From: an uncultured candidate division Zixibacteria bacterium
GTDB taxonomy: Bacteria > Zixibacteria > MSB-5A5 > GN15 > FEB-12
Direction: 5' to 3'
NCBI GenBank assembly: GCA_963664195.1
Contig: OY760907.1
Coordinates: forward strand, 32,001 to 96,000
Length of the DNA: 64,000 bases
The position numbers were made by a program, and so were the translations under genes. Positions 38,851 through 49,268 of the stretch are shown here, in pieces (positions within the stretch are counted from its first letter, which is position 1; every line of letters begins with the position of its first letter). Under the pieces are notes generated by a model. The model was given only the letters and a program-made list of their open reading frames with translations. It had not been told where the DNA came from and ran no database searches.

Positions 38851-40359
38851 TTGAATAAACTGACAAAAACACGACCGAAACAGACGAATCTAACACGTAC
38901 GCTCTGTACGGCACTATTGGCTGTATTCGTCTATGTGGCTTGCGGGTCGATAGCAGCAGAAACTCTCACATTGGACCAGGCGCTGCAAATCGCGTTTGAG
39001 CAGTCACCAACCATGCGCCAGGCCGGACTGAATCTTGAGACGAATCATCGGAATCTCAGAGCACAGCAGGCAGCATTGAAATCGCAGTTCAGTTTGACGT
39101 TGACGCCGTTTGCTTACTCCAAGAACCAGCAATTCGACGATTACTATGCGAAGTATTACAATAGCGAACAGACCAGCTCATCGGCGCTCTTCTCCATCGT
39201 ACAGCCATTGAAATGGACAGACGGTTCCCTGAGCGTGAATAACGAAGTGAAGTGGCAGGAGGCGTCTTCAGAGTCGGCTTTCAGCGACGGAAAGCAGACC
39301 ACGTACAGCAATCAGTTGTCTCTCAACCTCAACCAACCGCTGTTCACCTACAATCGCACGAAGCTGACATTGAAAGAGCTGGAGCTTTCGCTTGAGAACG
39401 CACAACTCAGTTACGCAATACAGAAGTTGCAGGTCGAGAGTCGTGTCACAGAGCAGTTCCTCCAATTGTACTTCTACCAGCGCAACGTTCAGATCGGCAA
39501 AGAGGAACTGACCAACGCCCGTGAGAGCTACGAGATCATCAAGAGCAAAGTCGACGCCGGCATTTCCGCTCCGGAAGAGCTGTACCAGGCCGATCTGACT
39601 CAGACTACAAGCCGCGGATCACTTGAGAACAAGCAACTCTCTTATGAAGATGCGCTCGACAACTTCAAGATATTGCTCGGAAGATCCCTCGACGACGAGC
39701 TGGATGTAGAAGCCGATGTTCAACGCCTGGTGGTGACGATCAACCTTGCCGAGGCGATTAATCACGGCCTGCTGTACCGCATGGAACTTCGCCAGAAAGA
39801 CATTGATATCCAGTACGCCCTGAATGACCTGATCCGCACCGGCGCGCAGAATGAGTTCAAGGGTTCGATCGATCTGTCATACGGGCTTGTCGGCACCGAC
39901 GAATCTTTTGGCAATATGTATGACTCGCCCGAAAAGAATCAGTCGGTATCAATCAACCTGAATATCCCCCTGTTCGACTGGGGCGAAAAGAAGCATCGTC
40001 TGGCCGCCAGCGAGGCGCAGGTGGAGAGCAGCCGCATCTCTGCTGCCGAGCAGGAGAAACAGATCATATACGAAGTCCGGCAAGCGTATCGCAATCTGCT
40101 CAATCAGGAAACACAGATTGAGATCGCACAGAAGAATGTCGAGAACGCCCGGCTTACCTATGAGATTAATCTTGAGCGGTATAAGAACGGTGATCTGACC
40201 TCGAAAGATATCAGCTTCTACCAGAACCAGCTGTCGAGCGAACAGCTCAGCGAGGTCTCAGCCTTGATAAACTACCAGGTGGCGCTATTGGATCTGAAGA
40301 TCCGCACTCTCTGGGATTTTGAAAAAAACCTGCCCGTCATAAATCAGAATCAGGAGTAG
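38851..40359 (+). CDS. TolC-family outer membrane channel
   Basis: Signal peptide, LTLDQALQIA...P, LNQPLF, NIPLFDWG, helical repeats. Confidence 0.92.
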   Translation: MNKLTKTRPKQTNLTRTLCTALLAVFVYVACGSIAAETLTLDQALQIAFEQSPTMRQAGLNLETNHRNLRAQQAALKSQFSLTLTPFAYSKNQQFDDYYAKYYNSEQTSSSALFSIVQPLKWTDGSLSVNNEVKWQEASSESAFSDGKQTTYSNQLSLNLNQPLFTYNRTKLTLKELELSLENAQLSYAIQKLQVESRVTEQFLQLYFYQRNVQIGKEELTNARESYEIIKSKVDAGISAPEELYQADLTQTTSRGSLENKQLSYEDALDNFKILLGRSLDDELDVEADVQRLVVTINLAEAINHGLLYRMELRQKDIDIQYALNDLIRTGAQNEFKGSIDLSYGLVGTDESFGNMYDSPEKNQSVSINLNIPLFDWGEKKHRLAASEAQVESSRISAAEQEKQIIYEVRQAYRNLLNQETQIEIAQKNVENARLTYEINLERYKNGDLTSKDISFYQNQLSSEQLSEVSALINYQVALLDLKIRTLWDFEKNLPVINQNQE

Positions 40360-40363
40360 ACGA

Positions 40364-41422
40364 GTGAGACTCACACAGTTTTCTTTTCTTTTCGTAGCCA
40401 TGGCCCTTATGCTGGCAGGTTGTGGCAACGACGGTCCCGATGTCGATGTCGAGTCGGCGATTCCGGTCAGGATCGAACAGGTGACCAAGCAACCGATGAG
40501 GGCGTACGCATTTGCCACAGGCACGGTTCTTGCAGCCAACGATGCCACGCTCACGGCACTTCAATCCGGCTACTATCGCCCTCAGACCAACCCGCGTACC
40601 GGCAAACCATTTGCCATGGGCGACAAGGTGAAACAGGGCGAGGCAATTGTCGTTTTCCTCAACCCGGAGTTCGAGTACTCGGTTGCGTTTGATTCCAAGA
40701 AACTCAACTACGAAATGTCACAAAGCGAGTTCGAGAAGCAGAAGAGCATCTACGACAAGGGCGGCATTACTCTCAGAGAATTGACCGATGCCGAGCGGAC
40801 GGCGATCGATGCTCGCTACGCGTACGATAACGCCACAATTCAGCTAGCCAAACTGAAGATAGTCGCGCCGTTCGACGGCTTTATTGTCGACCTGCCGTAT
40901 TTCAGCAAGAACCAGCTTGTCGAGGCCGGCTCGCTGATAGCGCAAGTGATGGACTACTCAACACTCCACTCGGATATCACCCTCCCCGGCAGTGAAATGG
41001 GACAGGTGAAACCGGATCAACAAGCGCTGATCACAAACTACAACAAACCGGACGACACGCTGATCGGCAGAGTCACTCAGGTCTCCCCTGCCCTCGACCC
41101 GGACAGCCGCATGTTTAAGGTCGCACTCGAGGTTGCCAACGATGATCTCCTGCTGCGCGCCGGTATGTTTGTCAAGATCGATATCATTGTTGAGGAAAAA
41201 GACTCTACGCTGGTTATTCCCAAGGATATCATCCTGGACAACCGGGGGAACAAGCAGGTATTCGTTGTTCAGAAGGGTGTTGCTGCCGAGCGGACGCTTG
41301 AAACAGGGCTGTCGAACCGGACCGACATCGAGGTGATCGGCGGCCTGGAAGAGAACGACCAACTGGTGGTCGAGGGATTCGAGACTCTCCGGGATCGTTC
41401 CCGAGTCAAGGTAGTGAAGTAA
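40364..41422 (+). CDS. RND periplasmic adaptor (MFP) lipoprotein
   Basis: Lipobox LAGC; IVAPFDGFI, LRAGMF, GLEENDQLVVEG. Confidence 0.92.
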   Translation: MRLTQFSFLFVAMALMLAGCGNDGPDVDVESAIPVRIEQVTKQPMRAYAFATGTVLAANDATLTALQSGYYRPQTNPRTGKPFAMGDKVKQGEAIVVFLNPEFEYSVAFDSKKLNYEMSQSEFEKQKSIYDKGGITLRELTDAERTAIDARYAYDNATIQLAKLKIVAPFDGFIVDLPYFSKNQLVEAGSLIAQVMDYSTLHSDITLPGSEMGQVKPDQQALITNYNKPDDTLIGRVTQVSPALDPDSRMFKVALEVANDDLLLRAGMFVKIDIIVEEKDSTLVIPKDIILDNRGNKQVFVVQKGVAAERTLETGLSNRTDIEVIGGLEENDQLVVEGFETLRDRSRVKVVK

Positions 41423-41443
41423 CCCGACGCAGGCGCAGTATAG

Positions 41444-44400
41444 ATGAACAAACTCGCAAGATTTTCCGTGAATTACCCGACGACTGTCCTGATGGTCGTT
41501 CTGGCTATCCTCCTGCTGGGATACATCTCGTTTCAACGACTCGGCGTGGATCTTCTCCCCGACCTGAACAGTCCCCGGCTGTTTGTCGAAATCAAGGCCG
41601 GGGAACGTCCGCCGGCCGAGATGGAGGAGCAATTCGTTTCGGACATGGAAGCCCTCGCGGCTCGTGGCAGAGGTGTGGAAAACGTATCCTCAGTATCACG
41701 TGTCGGCAAGGCGCTAATCACGGTTGAGTACGGCTGGTCGGCAGATATGGACGAGGCGTTTCTCGATCTGCAGAAGTCAGTCGCAGACTTCTCTCAGAAT
41801 CGGGATGTCGACGAGGTCACGGTCAGTCAGCATGATCCCAACGCGGTGCCGATTGTAACGGCGGTTTTCTCCCATCCGGAAATCGACGATCTCGACAAGC
41901 TGCGCAAGACCGCCGAGAACATCATCCGCAACGAACTGATTCGCCTTCCCGGTGTGGCAGCGGTAGAACTCATCGGCGCTCGTGAGCGCGAAGTACAGGT
42001 TCGGACGGACGCCTATACGCTGGAGGCATACGGCCTGACGGTTGACCAACTGGCCTCGGCGATACAATCGTCCAACCGGAACATGTCGGGCGGATCGATT
42101 GTCGAAATGGGTCGACGGTACCTGATCCGCGGAGTCGGCGAGCTTACTTCCGAAGACGATCTGAACAACTTGATCGTGACCTACCGGGCACCAGCTTCGG
42201 CCGGTTCCGCTTCGACAGTCCGCACCTTCGAGCGCACACCGATTTATCTCCGAGAAGTGGCAGATGTCAGCTATGAGCTGGGCGACGCTGAGAACATTGT
42301 CCGGTATAACGGGCGGCGATGTATCGCTCTGGAGATATTTAAGGAAGCCAAATCAAACACCATCGATGCCGCACAAAGTGCCAAAGACCAGCTCGCTGAG
42401 TTAGGGCGCTCTCTGCCCGGCTATGATCTGCGAGTGATTCAGGACCAGGCGAAATTCATCGAGGCCGCCGTCACCGAAGTTGAGCAAACCGGCCTGATCG
42501 GAATCTTGCTCGCAGTCATCGTCCTATTTGTGTTTCTCAGGCGCATCGGCGTTACGGCAGTAATCAGCATTGCCATTCCGATATCAGTCGTCGCAACCTT
42601 CAACCTGATGTACTTCAACGATCTTTCGTTGAATATCATGACGCTGGGAGGTCTTGCTCTGGGAGCGGGTATGCTCGTGGACAATGCCATTGTAGTGATG
42701 GAGAACATTTTCCGTCATCTCGAAAAAGGCAAACCTATCCGCGAAGCGGCCGTCTATGGGGCAGGTGAGGTCGGCGGCGCAATCACGAGTTCCACGCTGA
42801 CAACGATCATCGTTTTCCTGCCGATCGTGTTTCTCGAGGGAGCCGCCAGTGAGTTATTCCGCGATCAGGCCTGGACGGTTGCCTATTCCCTGCTGTCGTC
42901 ACTATTCGTCGCACTGGCCGTCATCCCAATGCTCTGTTCGCGGTTGATCAAACACCGTGATGACGTGAAGACGTCAGCGAACACGATCACCTTTGCAGCC
43001 TACGGCGAGTTCGTTCGCAAACTGCTGAAACGTCGCGTCACCGTAGTGGCCGTCGGGTTGGTTATGGTAGCAGCCGCAGCGATTGCTGTGCCGTTCGTGG
43101 GCAGCGAGTTCATGCCGGAATCTGACCAGGGAGAACTGATCATACATCTCACCCTGCCGGAGGGAGCCAGCCTTGATCGCACCGAAGGAACGGTTCGTAA
43201 TCTCGAAGCGGTGATCATGGAGCAGTTCGGCGAAGCAGTGACTGACATCTACTCCAAAGTAGGCCCCTCGGAGACATCATCAATTGAAGACGACGCACTC
43301 ACGGACGAAAACAGCGCCGTGATGAATCTGATACTATCGCCGGACAAAAAGGAATCAGTGCCGCGCATCATTGCTGCACTGGACAAAGTACTCTCCGAAT
43401 TGCCGGACATTGACGCCCGCATATCTCTTCAGCAGACGGCTCTGCAAACGACGCTCGGGACAACCTCGGCTCCATTGGTTGTCGAAATCAAGGGTGCCGA
43501 TCTGGATATCCTCGCCAGTCTCGCCGACAGCGTCCAGAACCGCCTGGCACAAATGGCGGCATTGACGAATCTTGAAACGAGCTTCCAGGCCGGTCGGCCC
43601 GAAATCAATGTCGAAATAGACCGCACGGTAGCTGCACAGTTCTCTCTCACCGCCGATCAGATTGGGACGCAGATTCGCGACCTGCTGTCTGGTCGGGCGG
43701 CAGGTGAGCTTGAATTGCAGGGGGAATACTCGGCCATACAGATACGTCGCCCTGAAGTCTCCCTTACTGAGCTATCTGGGATCCTGCTCGAATCATCGTC
43801 AGGAGCAAGGGTCCGACTTGACGAGGTCGCCCGGTTGGTCCCGGCCGTGTCGAATCGGGAGATTCTCAGGGACAACCAGATCAGAGTGGCAAAAGTGTCG
43901 GCCCACCTGTCGGGCGATGAGCCGTTTGACAGAACCGCAGGCAAGGTCAAAGAGGCACTGTCGGAAATCCCGCTTCCGACTGAATACAAGTTTGAGGTAA
44001 CGGGCGAAGAGAAGCTGCGTGAGGATGCCTTCGGCAATCTCAAATTCGCACTACTGTTGGCCATCGTACTCGTGTACATGGTCATGGCCGCACAGTTCGA
44101 GTCACTGGTGCATCCGTTTGTGATTCTCCTGACGATTCCACTGGCTGTGGTTGGTGCCGTGTTCCTGCTGCTCATACTGGGAATGCCGTTCAACATCATG
44201 TCGTATATCGGCATCATCATGCTGGCGGGTATCGCAGTAAATGATTCGATCATCCTCGTGGATCGCATAAATCAGAACCGACGTGCCGGACAAAACGTCA
44301 CCGAGGCTGTGGTCAATGCCGGACAAACGCGCATTCGACCGATCATCATGACCTCAGTTACAACTATTCTCGCTTTGCTGCCACTGACCATCGGCATTGG

Positions 44401-44545
44401 TGAGGGAGCATCGTTACGTGCCCCGATGGCCGTAGCGGTAATCGGCGGGCTAATCAGTTCAACCTTACTCACGCTGATTGTCATTCCGGCAGTGTACAGC
44501 TTCATGTCTGGCAAGGTGCGTTCACAAGAGGAAACGGTCGGTTAG
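41444..44545 (+). CDS. RND permease (AcrB/AcrD/AcrF family)
   Basis: GMLVDNAIVVMENI, QFES, RIRPIIMT, PMAVAVIGG. Confidence 0.95.
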   Translation: MNKLARFSVNYPTTVLMVVLAILLLGYISFQRLGVDLLPDLNSPRLFVEIKAGERPPAEMEEQFVSDMEALAARGRGVENVSSVSRVGKALITVEYGWSADMDEAFLDLQKSVADFSQNRDVDEVTVSQHDPNAVPIVTAVFSHPEIDDLDKLRKTAENIIRNELIRLPGVAAVELIGAREREVQVRTDAYTLEAYGLTVDQLASAIQSSNRNMSGGSIVEMGRRYLIRGVGELTSEDDLNNLIVTYRAPASAGSASTVRTFERTPIYLREVADVSYELGDAENIVRYNGRRCIALEIFKEAKSNTIDAAQSAKDQLAELGRSLPGYDLRVIQDQAKFIEAAVTEVEQTGLIGILLAVIVLFVFLRRIGVTAVISIAIPISVVATFNLMYFNDLSLNIMTLGGLALGAGMLVDNAIVVMENIFRHLEKGKPIREAAVYGAGEVGGAITSSTLTTIIVFLPIVFLEGAASELFRDQAWTVAYSLLSSLFVALAVIPMLCSRLIKHRDDVKTSANTITFAAYGEFVRKLLKRRVTVVAVGLVMVAAAAIAVPFVGSEFMPESDQGELIIHLTLPEGASLDRTEGTVRNLEAVIMEQFGEAVTDIYSKVGPSETSSIEDDALTDENSAVMNLILSPDKKESVPRIIAALDKVLSELPDIDARISLQQTALQTTLGTTSAPLVVEIKGADLDILASLADSVQNRLAQMAALTNLETSFQAGRPEINVEIDRTVAAQFSLTADQIGTQIRDLLSGRAAGELELQGEYSAIQIRRPEVSLTELSGILLESSSGARVRLDEVARLVPAVSNREILRDNQIRVAKVSAHLSGDEPFDRTAGKVKEALSEIPLPTEYKFEVTGEEKLREDAFGNLKFALLLAIVLVYMVMAAQFESLVHPFVILLTIPLAVVGAVFLLLILGMPFNIMSYIGIIMLAGIAVNDSIILVDRINQNRRAGQNVTEAVVNAGQTRIRPIIMTSVTTILALLPLTIGIGEGASLRAPMAVAVIGGLISSTLLTLIVIPAVYSFMSGKVRSQEETVG

Positions 44546-44552
44546 CCGCACC

Positions 44553-47500
44553 ATGATCAAACACATTATTAACAGACCGGTTCTCGTTTCCATGTTCCTG
44601 ATCGGGCTATGCCTGCTCGGCGCCGTCTCCTACACCCGCTTGCCTGTAGAATTGATCCCAATGGCCGAATTGCCCATGCTGATCGTGCAGGTCGGGACGG
44701 TGCGCGATGCCGACCCGGAGTATGTCGAGCAGCAGTCGGTGATCCAGCTTGAAAGTGCCATAGCCGAACTTGAGGATATCGAGAAGATCGAGTCCTACGT
44801 CAATCGGCGACAGGCAACCATCGTTGTTTATTACCAGCAGGGCTCCGATCAGAAGTACGCCTACTTGAAACTGCAGGAACGGGTAGCTGCCGCGCAATCC
44901 TCGCTCGGCGACGGCTTTTTTGCGACCGTCTGGAAAATCGACACCGAGCAGTTATCGAACCAGTTCATGACTCTTCAAGCTCGCGGAGAGGGAACACTCG
45001 ATCAGATCCGCGAGGTCATTGACCAGAAAGTCACGCGCGAGCTGGAGGCGGTTGACGGTATCGCCAGCGTGCAGATATACGGAGGCCGCGAGCGTTCAAT
45101 CGAGGTCGTGCTTGACGAAGGCGCGATGCGATCTTACGGCATCACCGCCTCGCAGGTATCATCACGACTCTCGCAGAACAGCGGCTCACGACAGTATCTT
45201 GGACAGGTTATCGATGGTCGCCGTGAGCACTATGTCAACCTCATCTCGGAATATACTTCCACCGTCGATCTTGGTGAAACCATTGTGAAGGACGCCGGGC
45301 CGGTGTTGCTGAAACATATCGCAGAGATTGCCGACGGCGGCGCCGAGGAAACCACCATCGCCCGCATTAACGGGATGGAGGCAATCACCATTTCTCTCAT
45401 TCGAGACCAGCAGACCAATCTGCTCGATCTTTCGAAGGAGACTCGCGACGTACTTGAGCGTTTGAATCAGGAGATTGCCTCCGACGGCGTCACCCTGACA
45501 GTCCAGGACGACAGTGCCGAAGTGATTGAGAACAATATCGAAGTCATCAAGAAACTGGCGCTGATCGGCGGTTTGCTTGCTATCGTCATTCTGTGGATTT
45601 TCCTTCGCAACCTCCCGCTGGTGCTGATTGTGGCAGCCGCGATTCCTGTTTCAGTGATGATCGCGCTCAACGCCTTCTACGCTTTTGATATCAGCATCAA
45701 TACCCTGACACTCGTCGGCATGGCGATAGCGATAGGCATGTTGCTCGACAACAGCATCGTTGTGCTCGAGAATATCCATCGACAGATGGCCCGTGGAAAG
45801 GATGCCAGCGCTGCCGTAATATCCGGTACCAGTGAGGTTGGACGAGCGGTAGTTGCTGCCACGCTGACCACGGTGGCTGTGTTTGTACCGTTTGTGTTTT
45901 CGGACAACTTTCTTGTCCAGACGCTGGGGTGGCACATCGGTATTTCTATCGTGACGACGCTGCTTGTATCGCTGGCCGTTGCCCTCCTGCTGATTCCTGT
46001 CTTTTCCTATCGCATTCTGAAACGCCAGAAGAAAGCGATGTCGACGGTGTTCGAACAGGTGTCGCAGCGCAACCGGCTGATGCAGATATACACACTGCTG
46101 TTGAAATCATGTCTGAGATTCCCCGCTCGCACAGTCGTATTGGGCGTAGTGGCGTTTTTCGTCAGCATACTCGCCTGTCTGGCGGTAAGCGTCAACGCGC
46201 CCCAGGAAGTGGAGCTTGAGACGTTTGAATTGTACGCCACCATGCCATCCGGCACGACCCTCCAGACTGCAGACGAGCAGGTCAAGGAGATGGATGGCCG
46301 TCTGACGGACATTCCTGAGATTGACCAGCGGGTCGCCAACATCGAGGAAGACAACGTTGTCATAACATTCCACTTGAAAGATAAGTGGAACGACGACAGC
46401 AAGCGCAGTCTTGCCGAAATTAAGAACGACATCCTGGAAGTGCTCAACGCGGGTTACCCGCTGGTAAACTTCTCGTATCAACAGCCGGTATCCAACTCCA
46501 GGTATCGTGGCGGCGGGGGTGGCGGAGAAGGCATGGGCGGCGGCATGGGGCGCGCCTTTGGTCGCCTGCTGGGGATCGGTGCCTCGGAAGAACGGGTCGT
46601 TGTTCACGGGCAGGACCTGACCCTGCTTCGGGCAATCGCGGATGATATCCAGTTCAACATCGACAATCTCGAATCGGTCAGCAATTCGAGCGTCTCGGTC
46701 ACCGACCGGCAGCCGGGGATTGATCTACTGTTGGACCGTCCGGCAATTGGGCATTTCGATGTCTCCAACTCGGCAATCATGGCTGAGCTTTCGGGATTCC
46801 AGAAAGAACAACCATCAGGCGTCATCCTGAAACGTGGAGTGGAAGAAATCAGCATTCTCCTCAAGAGTGCCGACACGCTGGACCGGTCATCGGACGACCT
46901 CCGCGAACTGCAGATCCCGTCGACTTCTGGCGGTATGATTCCGCTGAGCCAGTTGGCCCCCATGGTGTACACTTCGGGGTATTCGAATATCAACCGGGTG
47001 AATCAAGAGAAGCAGGTCGAGGTTATTTTCCGGTTTGGGACTGATATTGAAGGATCCTCTGACCTTCTGAATCAGGCCCGCATGGAAGTGGACCAGATCG
47101 CTGCGAACATAACACCGCCTGCGGGCGTGGCGATTGAGGTTGTTCACGACGAGACGGATATGTCGGATTTCTATTTCCTGATATTCGCAGCTGTGTTGTT
47201 GATCTTCATGATCCTCGCATCAGTGTTTGAATCGCTGATTACACCGCTGGCAATGATGTTCACTCTGCCGCTGGCGACTATCGGCGCGTTCTGGGCGTTG
47301 ATCCTGACCGGGACTTCGGTTTTTAATGCCAATGCGATGATTGGCTTTTTGATTCTCCTTGGCGTGGTTGTTAACAACGGCATCATTCTGATAGACTACT
47401 CCAGATTATTGCGCAGTCGCAACTATCGCCCCTCTCGGGCGTTGCTCACTGCCGGTCAGGCACGCGTGCGACCAATTCTGATAACGGCTATCACGACCAT

Positions 47501-49268
47501 TCTGGCTATGCTTCCCCTTGCGATGGGCAAGGCTGAGTATGTTGCGACGATCGGGGCACCGTTTGCAATCACTGTGATCGGCGGACTTGTTGCCGGCACG
47601 CTATTCACGCTCATCCTTGTGCCTACCGTTTCCTTCGGCATGCAGAATGCGCTGAGATGGTGGCACCGATTGAACTGGAAGCTCAAGGCTGTTCAGTTTG
47701 CGGCCTTGATCGGCGGCGGCTGGCTGATCTATGACAGGATCGATTCGTTCACCTGGCAGGCAGTCAACGCTACCGCACTGTTCATGATTATTCCGGCGCT
47801 CACCTATCTCATACAGACGTCGCTCCGTCGGAGCAGCGCAACGCTGATTCCAAAAGGCGATGCGATTCGCATCGAAGTCCGCAATGTGGTCAAGCTCTAC
47901 AGTGATTTCTCACGCTTCACGCGTGAGTGGCGCAAAGCGGACCGCCAGAAAACACGGCAGAACGGCGGAACGGAGCCGACACGAGCGGCTCGACTGCACA
48001 ACTTGCTCTGGCAAATGCCGCTGTACGCGTTCCATTTTTACTTTGCCTACATCTATCTCGAAAGCGGCCTGTGGATATGTGTGTTCTCGATCGCCTTCTA
48101 TGCGTACACATTGAAACTGTTGAAACCCTTCCTGGTCGGCAATTCAATTCACAGGTGGAGTAAACTGCGCAGCGTTGGCTACAATCTGCTCTATTGGTTC
48201 GGACCGCTTGTCAATCTGGGCTTGTACTACTACCTGTGGGAAAGCATCGCGGGAGTCATTTTCATAGGGCTGTTCTGGTACTCGGTCGTGCTGGTGCACT
48301 ACGGGTCAAGAAGACTGTATCTCACCGGCATGGACCTCAACCGGCTGACCGGACGCTTCAAACGCACACGCAAAGGTTTCTATCGCCTGGTGCAAAAGAT
48401 CCCAGTGATCGGAAAACAGCGCGTTCCGTTTAAGGCACTGAACCAGGTTTCGCTCGAAATCGAAAGCGGCATGTTTGGATTGGTCGGCCCCAACGGCGCC
48501 GGCAAAACAACGCTCATGCGAGTCATCTGCGGCATCCTGGACCAAAGCCGGGGGACGGTTAAGATCAACGGCATCGACTTGAACGAAAAACGCGAAGAGC
48601 TGCAATCTTTGATCGGGTACCTTCCGCAGGAATTCGGCACGTACGAAAACATGACCGCCTATCAGTTCCTGGATTATCAGGCACTTCTCAAAGGTTTGTG
48701 GGATGACGGTGAGCGCAGGGAGATAGTCGAGCGCGCCATAGCTTCGGTGCACCTTGGCGAAAGCAGGGATATCAAGATCAAATCCTTCTCAGGCGGAATG
48801 CGCCAGCGAGTGGGCATAGCACAGACACTGCTTCATCTGCCCCGCATTCTCGTTGTCGATGAGCCAACCGCCGGACTCGATCCAAGAGAGCGGATCAAAT
48901 TCCGCAATCTGCTTTCACAGTTGGCGCGTGATCGCGTGGTGATCTTCTCGACTCACATTATCGAAGACATTTCCAGCTCGTGCAACCGTCTGGCAGTTCT
49001 CGGCGACGGTGTTGTCAAGTTTCTTGGCTCGCCGTCGGAGATGGTCGATCTCACTCGCGGCAACGTCTGGCAGGTGGATTGCAGTGAAGATCTTTTTGAG
49101 AAACTTCGCCAGAAGTTCACAGTCGTACATCACATGCGTACCGGCGACGATCTGAGAGTCAGACTGCTCTCGACCACTCCGCCGCTGCCGGACGCGATTT
49201 CGGCAACACCGACGCTCGAAGATTCTTACCTGTGGCTGCTCGACAGAAGGGGGCAGGCAAATGACTAG
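44553..49268 (+). CDS. RND permease fused to extra TM helices and a C-terminal ABC ATPase
   Basis: RND: GMLLDNSIVVLENI, FES, RVRPILIT. NBD: GPNGAGKTT, LPQEF, FSGGMRQR, VVDEP, STH. One continuous ORF; ATG 44553 preferred over 44478. Confidence 0.92.
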   Translation: MIKHIINRPVLVSMFLIGLCLLGAVSYTRLPVELIPMAELPMLIVQVGTVRDADPEYVEQQSVIQLESAIAELEDIEKIESYVNRRQATIVVYYQQGSDQKYAYLKLQERVAAAQSSLGDGFFATVWKIDTEQLSNQFMTLQARGEGTLDQIREVIDQKVTRELEAVDGIASVQIYGGRERSIEVVLDEGAMRSYGITASQVSSRLSQNSGSRQYLGQVIDGRREHYVNLISEYTSTVDLGETIVKDAGPVLLKHIAEIADGGAEETTIARINGMEAITISLIRDQQTNLLDLSKETRDVLERLNQEIASDGVTLTVQDDSAEVIENNIEVIKKLALIGGLLAIVILWIFLRNLPLVLIVAAAIPVSVMIALNAFYAFDISINTLTLVGMAIAIGMLLDNSIVVLENIHRQMARGKDASAAVISGTSEVGRAVVAATLTTVAVFVPFVFSDNFLVQTLGWHIGISIVTTLLVSLAVALLLIPVFSYRILKRQKKAMSTVFEQVSQRNRLMQIYTLLLKSCLRFPARTVVLGVVAFFVSILACLAVSVNAPQEVELETFELYATMPSGTTLQTADEQVKEMDGRLTDIPEIDQRVANIEEDNVVITFHLKDKWNDDSKRSLAEIKNDILEVLNAGYPLVNFSYQQPVSNSRYRGGGGGGEGMGGGMGRAFGRLLGIGASEERVVVHGQDLTLLRAIADDIQFNIDNLESVSNSSVSVTDRQPGIDLLLDRPAIGHFDVSNSAIMAELSGFQKEQPSGVILKRGVEEISILLKSADTLDRSSDDLRELQIPSTSGGMIPLSQLAPMVYTSGYSNINRVNQEKQVEVIFRFGTDIEGSSDLLNQARMEVDQIAANITPPAGVAIEVVHDETDMSDFYFLIFAAVLLIFMILASVFESLITPLAMMFTLPLATIGAFWALILTGTSVFNANAMIGFLILLGVVVNNGIILIDYSRLLRSRNYRPSRALLTAGQARVRPILITAITTILAMLPLAMGKAEYVATIGAPFAITVIGGLVAGTLFTLILVPTVSFGMQNALRWWHRLNWKLKAVQFAALIGGGWLIYDRIDSFTWQAVNATALFMIIPALTYLIQTSLRRSSATLIPKGDAIRIEVRNVVKLYSDFSRFTREWRKADRQKTRQNGGTEPTRAARLHNLLWQMPLYAFHFYFAYIYLESGLWICVFSIAFYAYTLKLLKPFLVGNSIHRWSKLRSVGYNLLYWFGPLVNLGLYYYLWESIAGVIFIGLFWYSVVLVHYGSRRLYLTGMDLNRLTGRFKRTRKGFYRLVQKIPVIGKQRVPFKALNQVSLEIESGMFGLVGPNGAGKTTLMRVICGILDQSRGTVKINGIDLNEKREELQSLIGYLPQEFGTYENMTAYQFLDYQALLKGLWDDGERREIVERAIASVHLGESRDIKIKSFSGGMRQRVGIAQTLLHLPRILVVDEPTAGLDPRERIKFRNLLSQLARDRVVIFSTHIIEDISSSCNRLAVLGDGVVKFLGSPSEMVDLTRGNVWQVDCSEDLFEKLRQKFTVVHHMRTGDDLRVRLLSTTPPLPDAISATPTLEDSYLWLLDRRGQAND

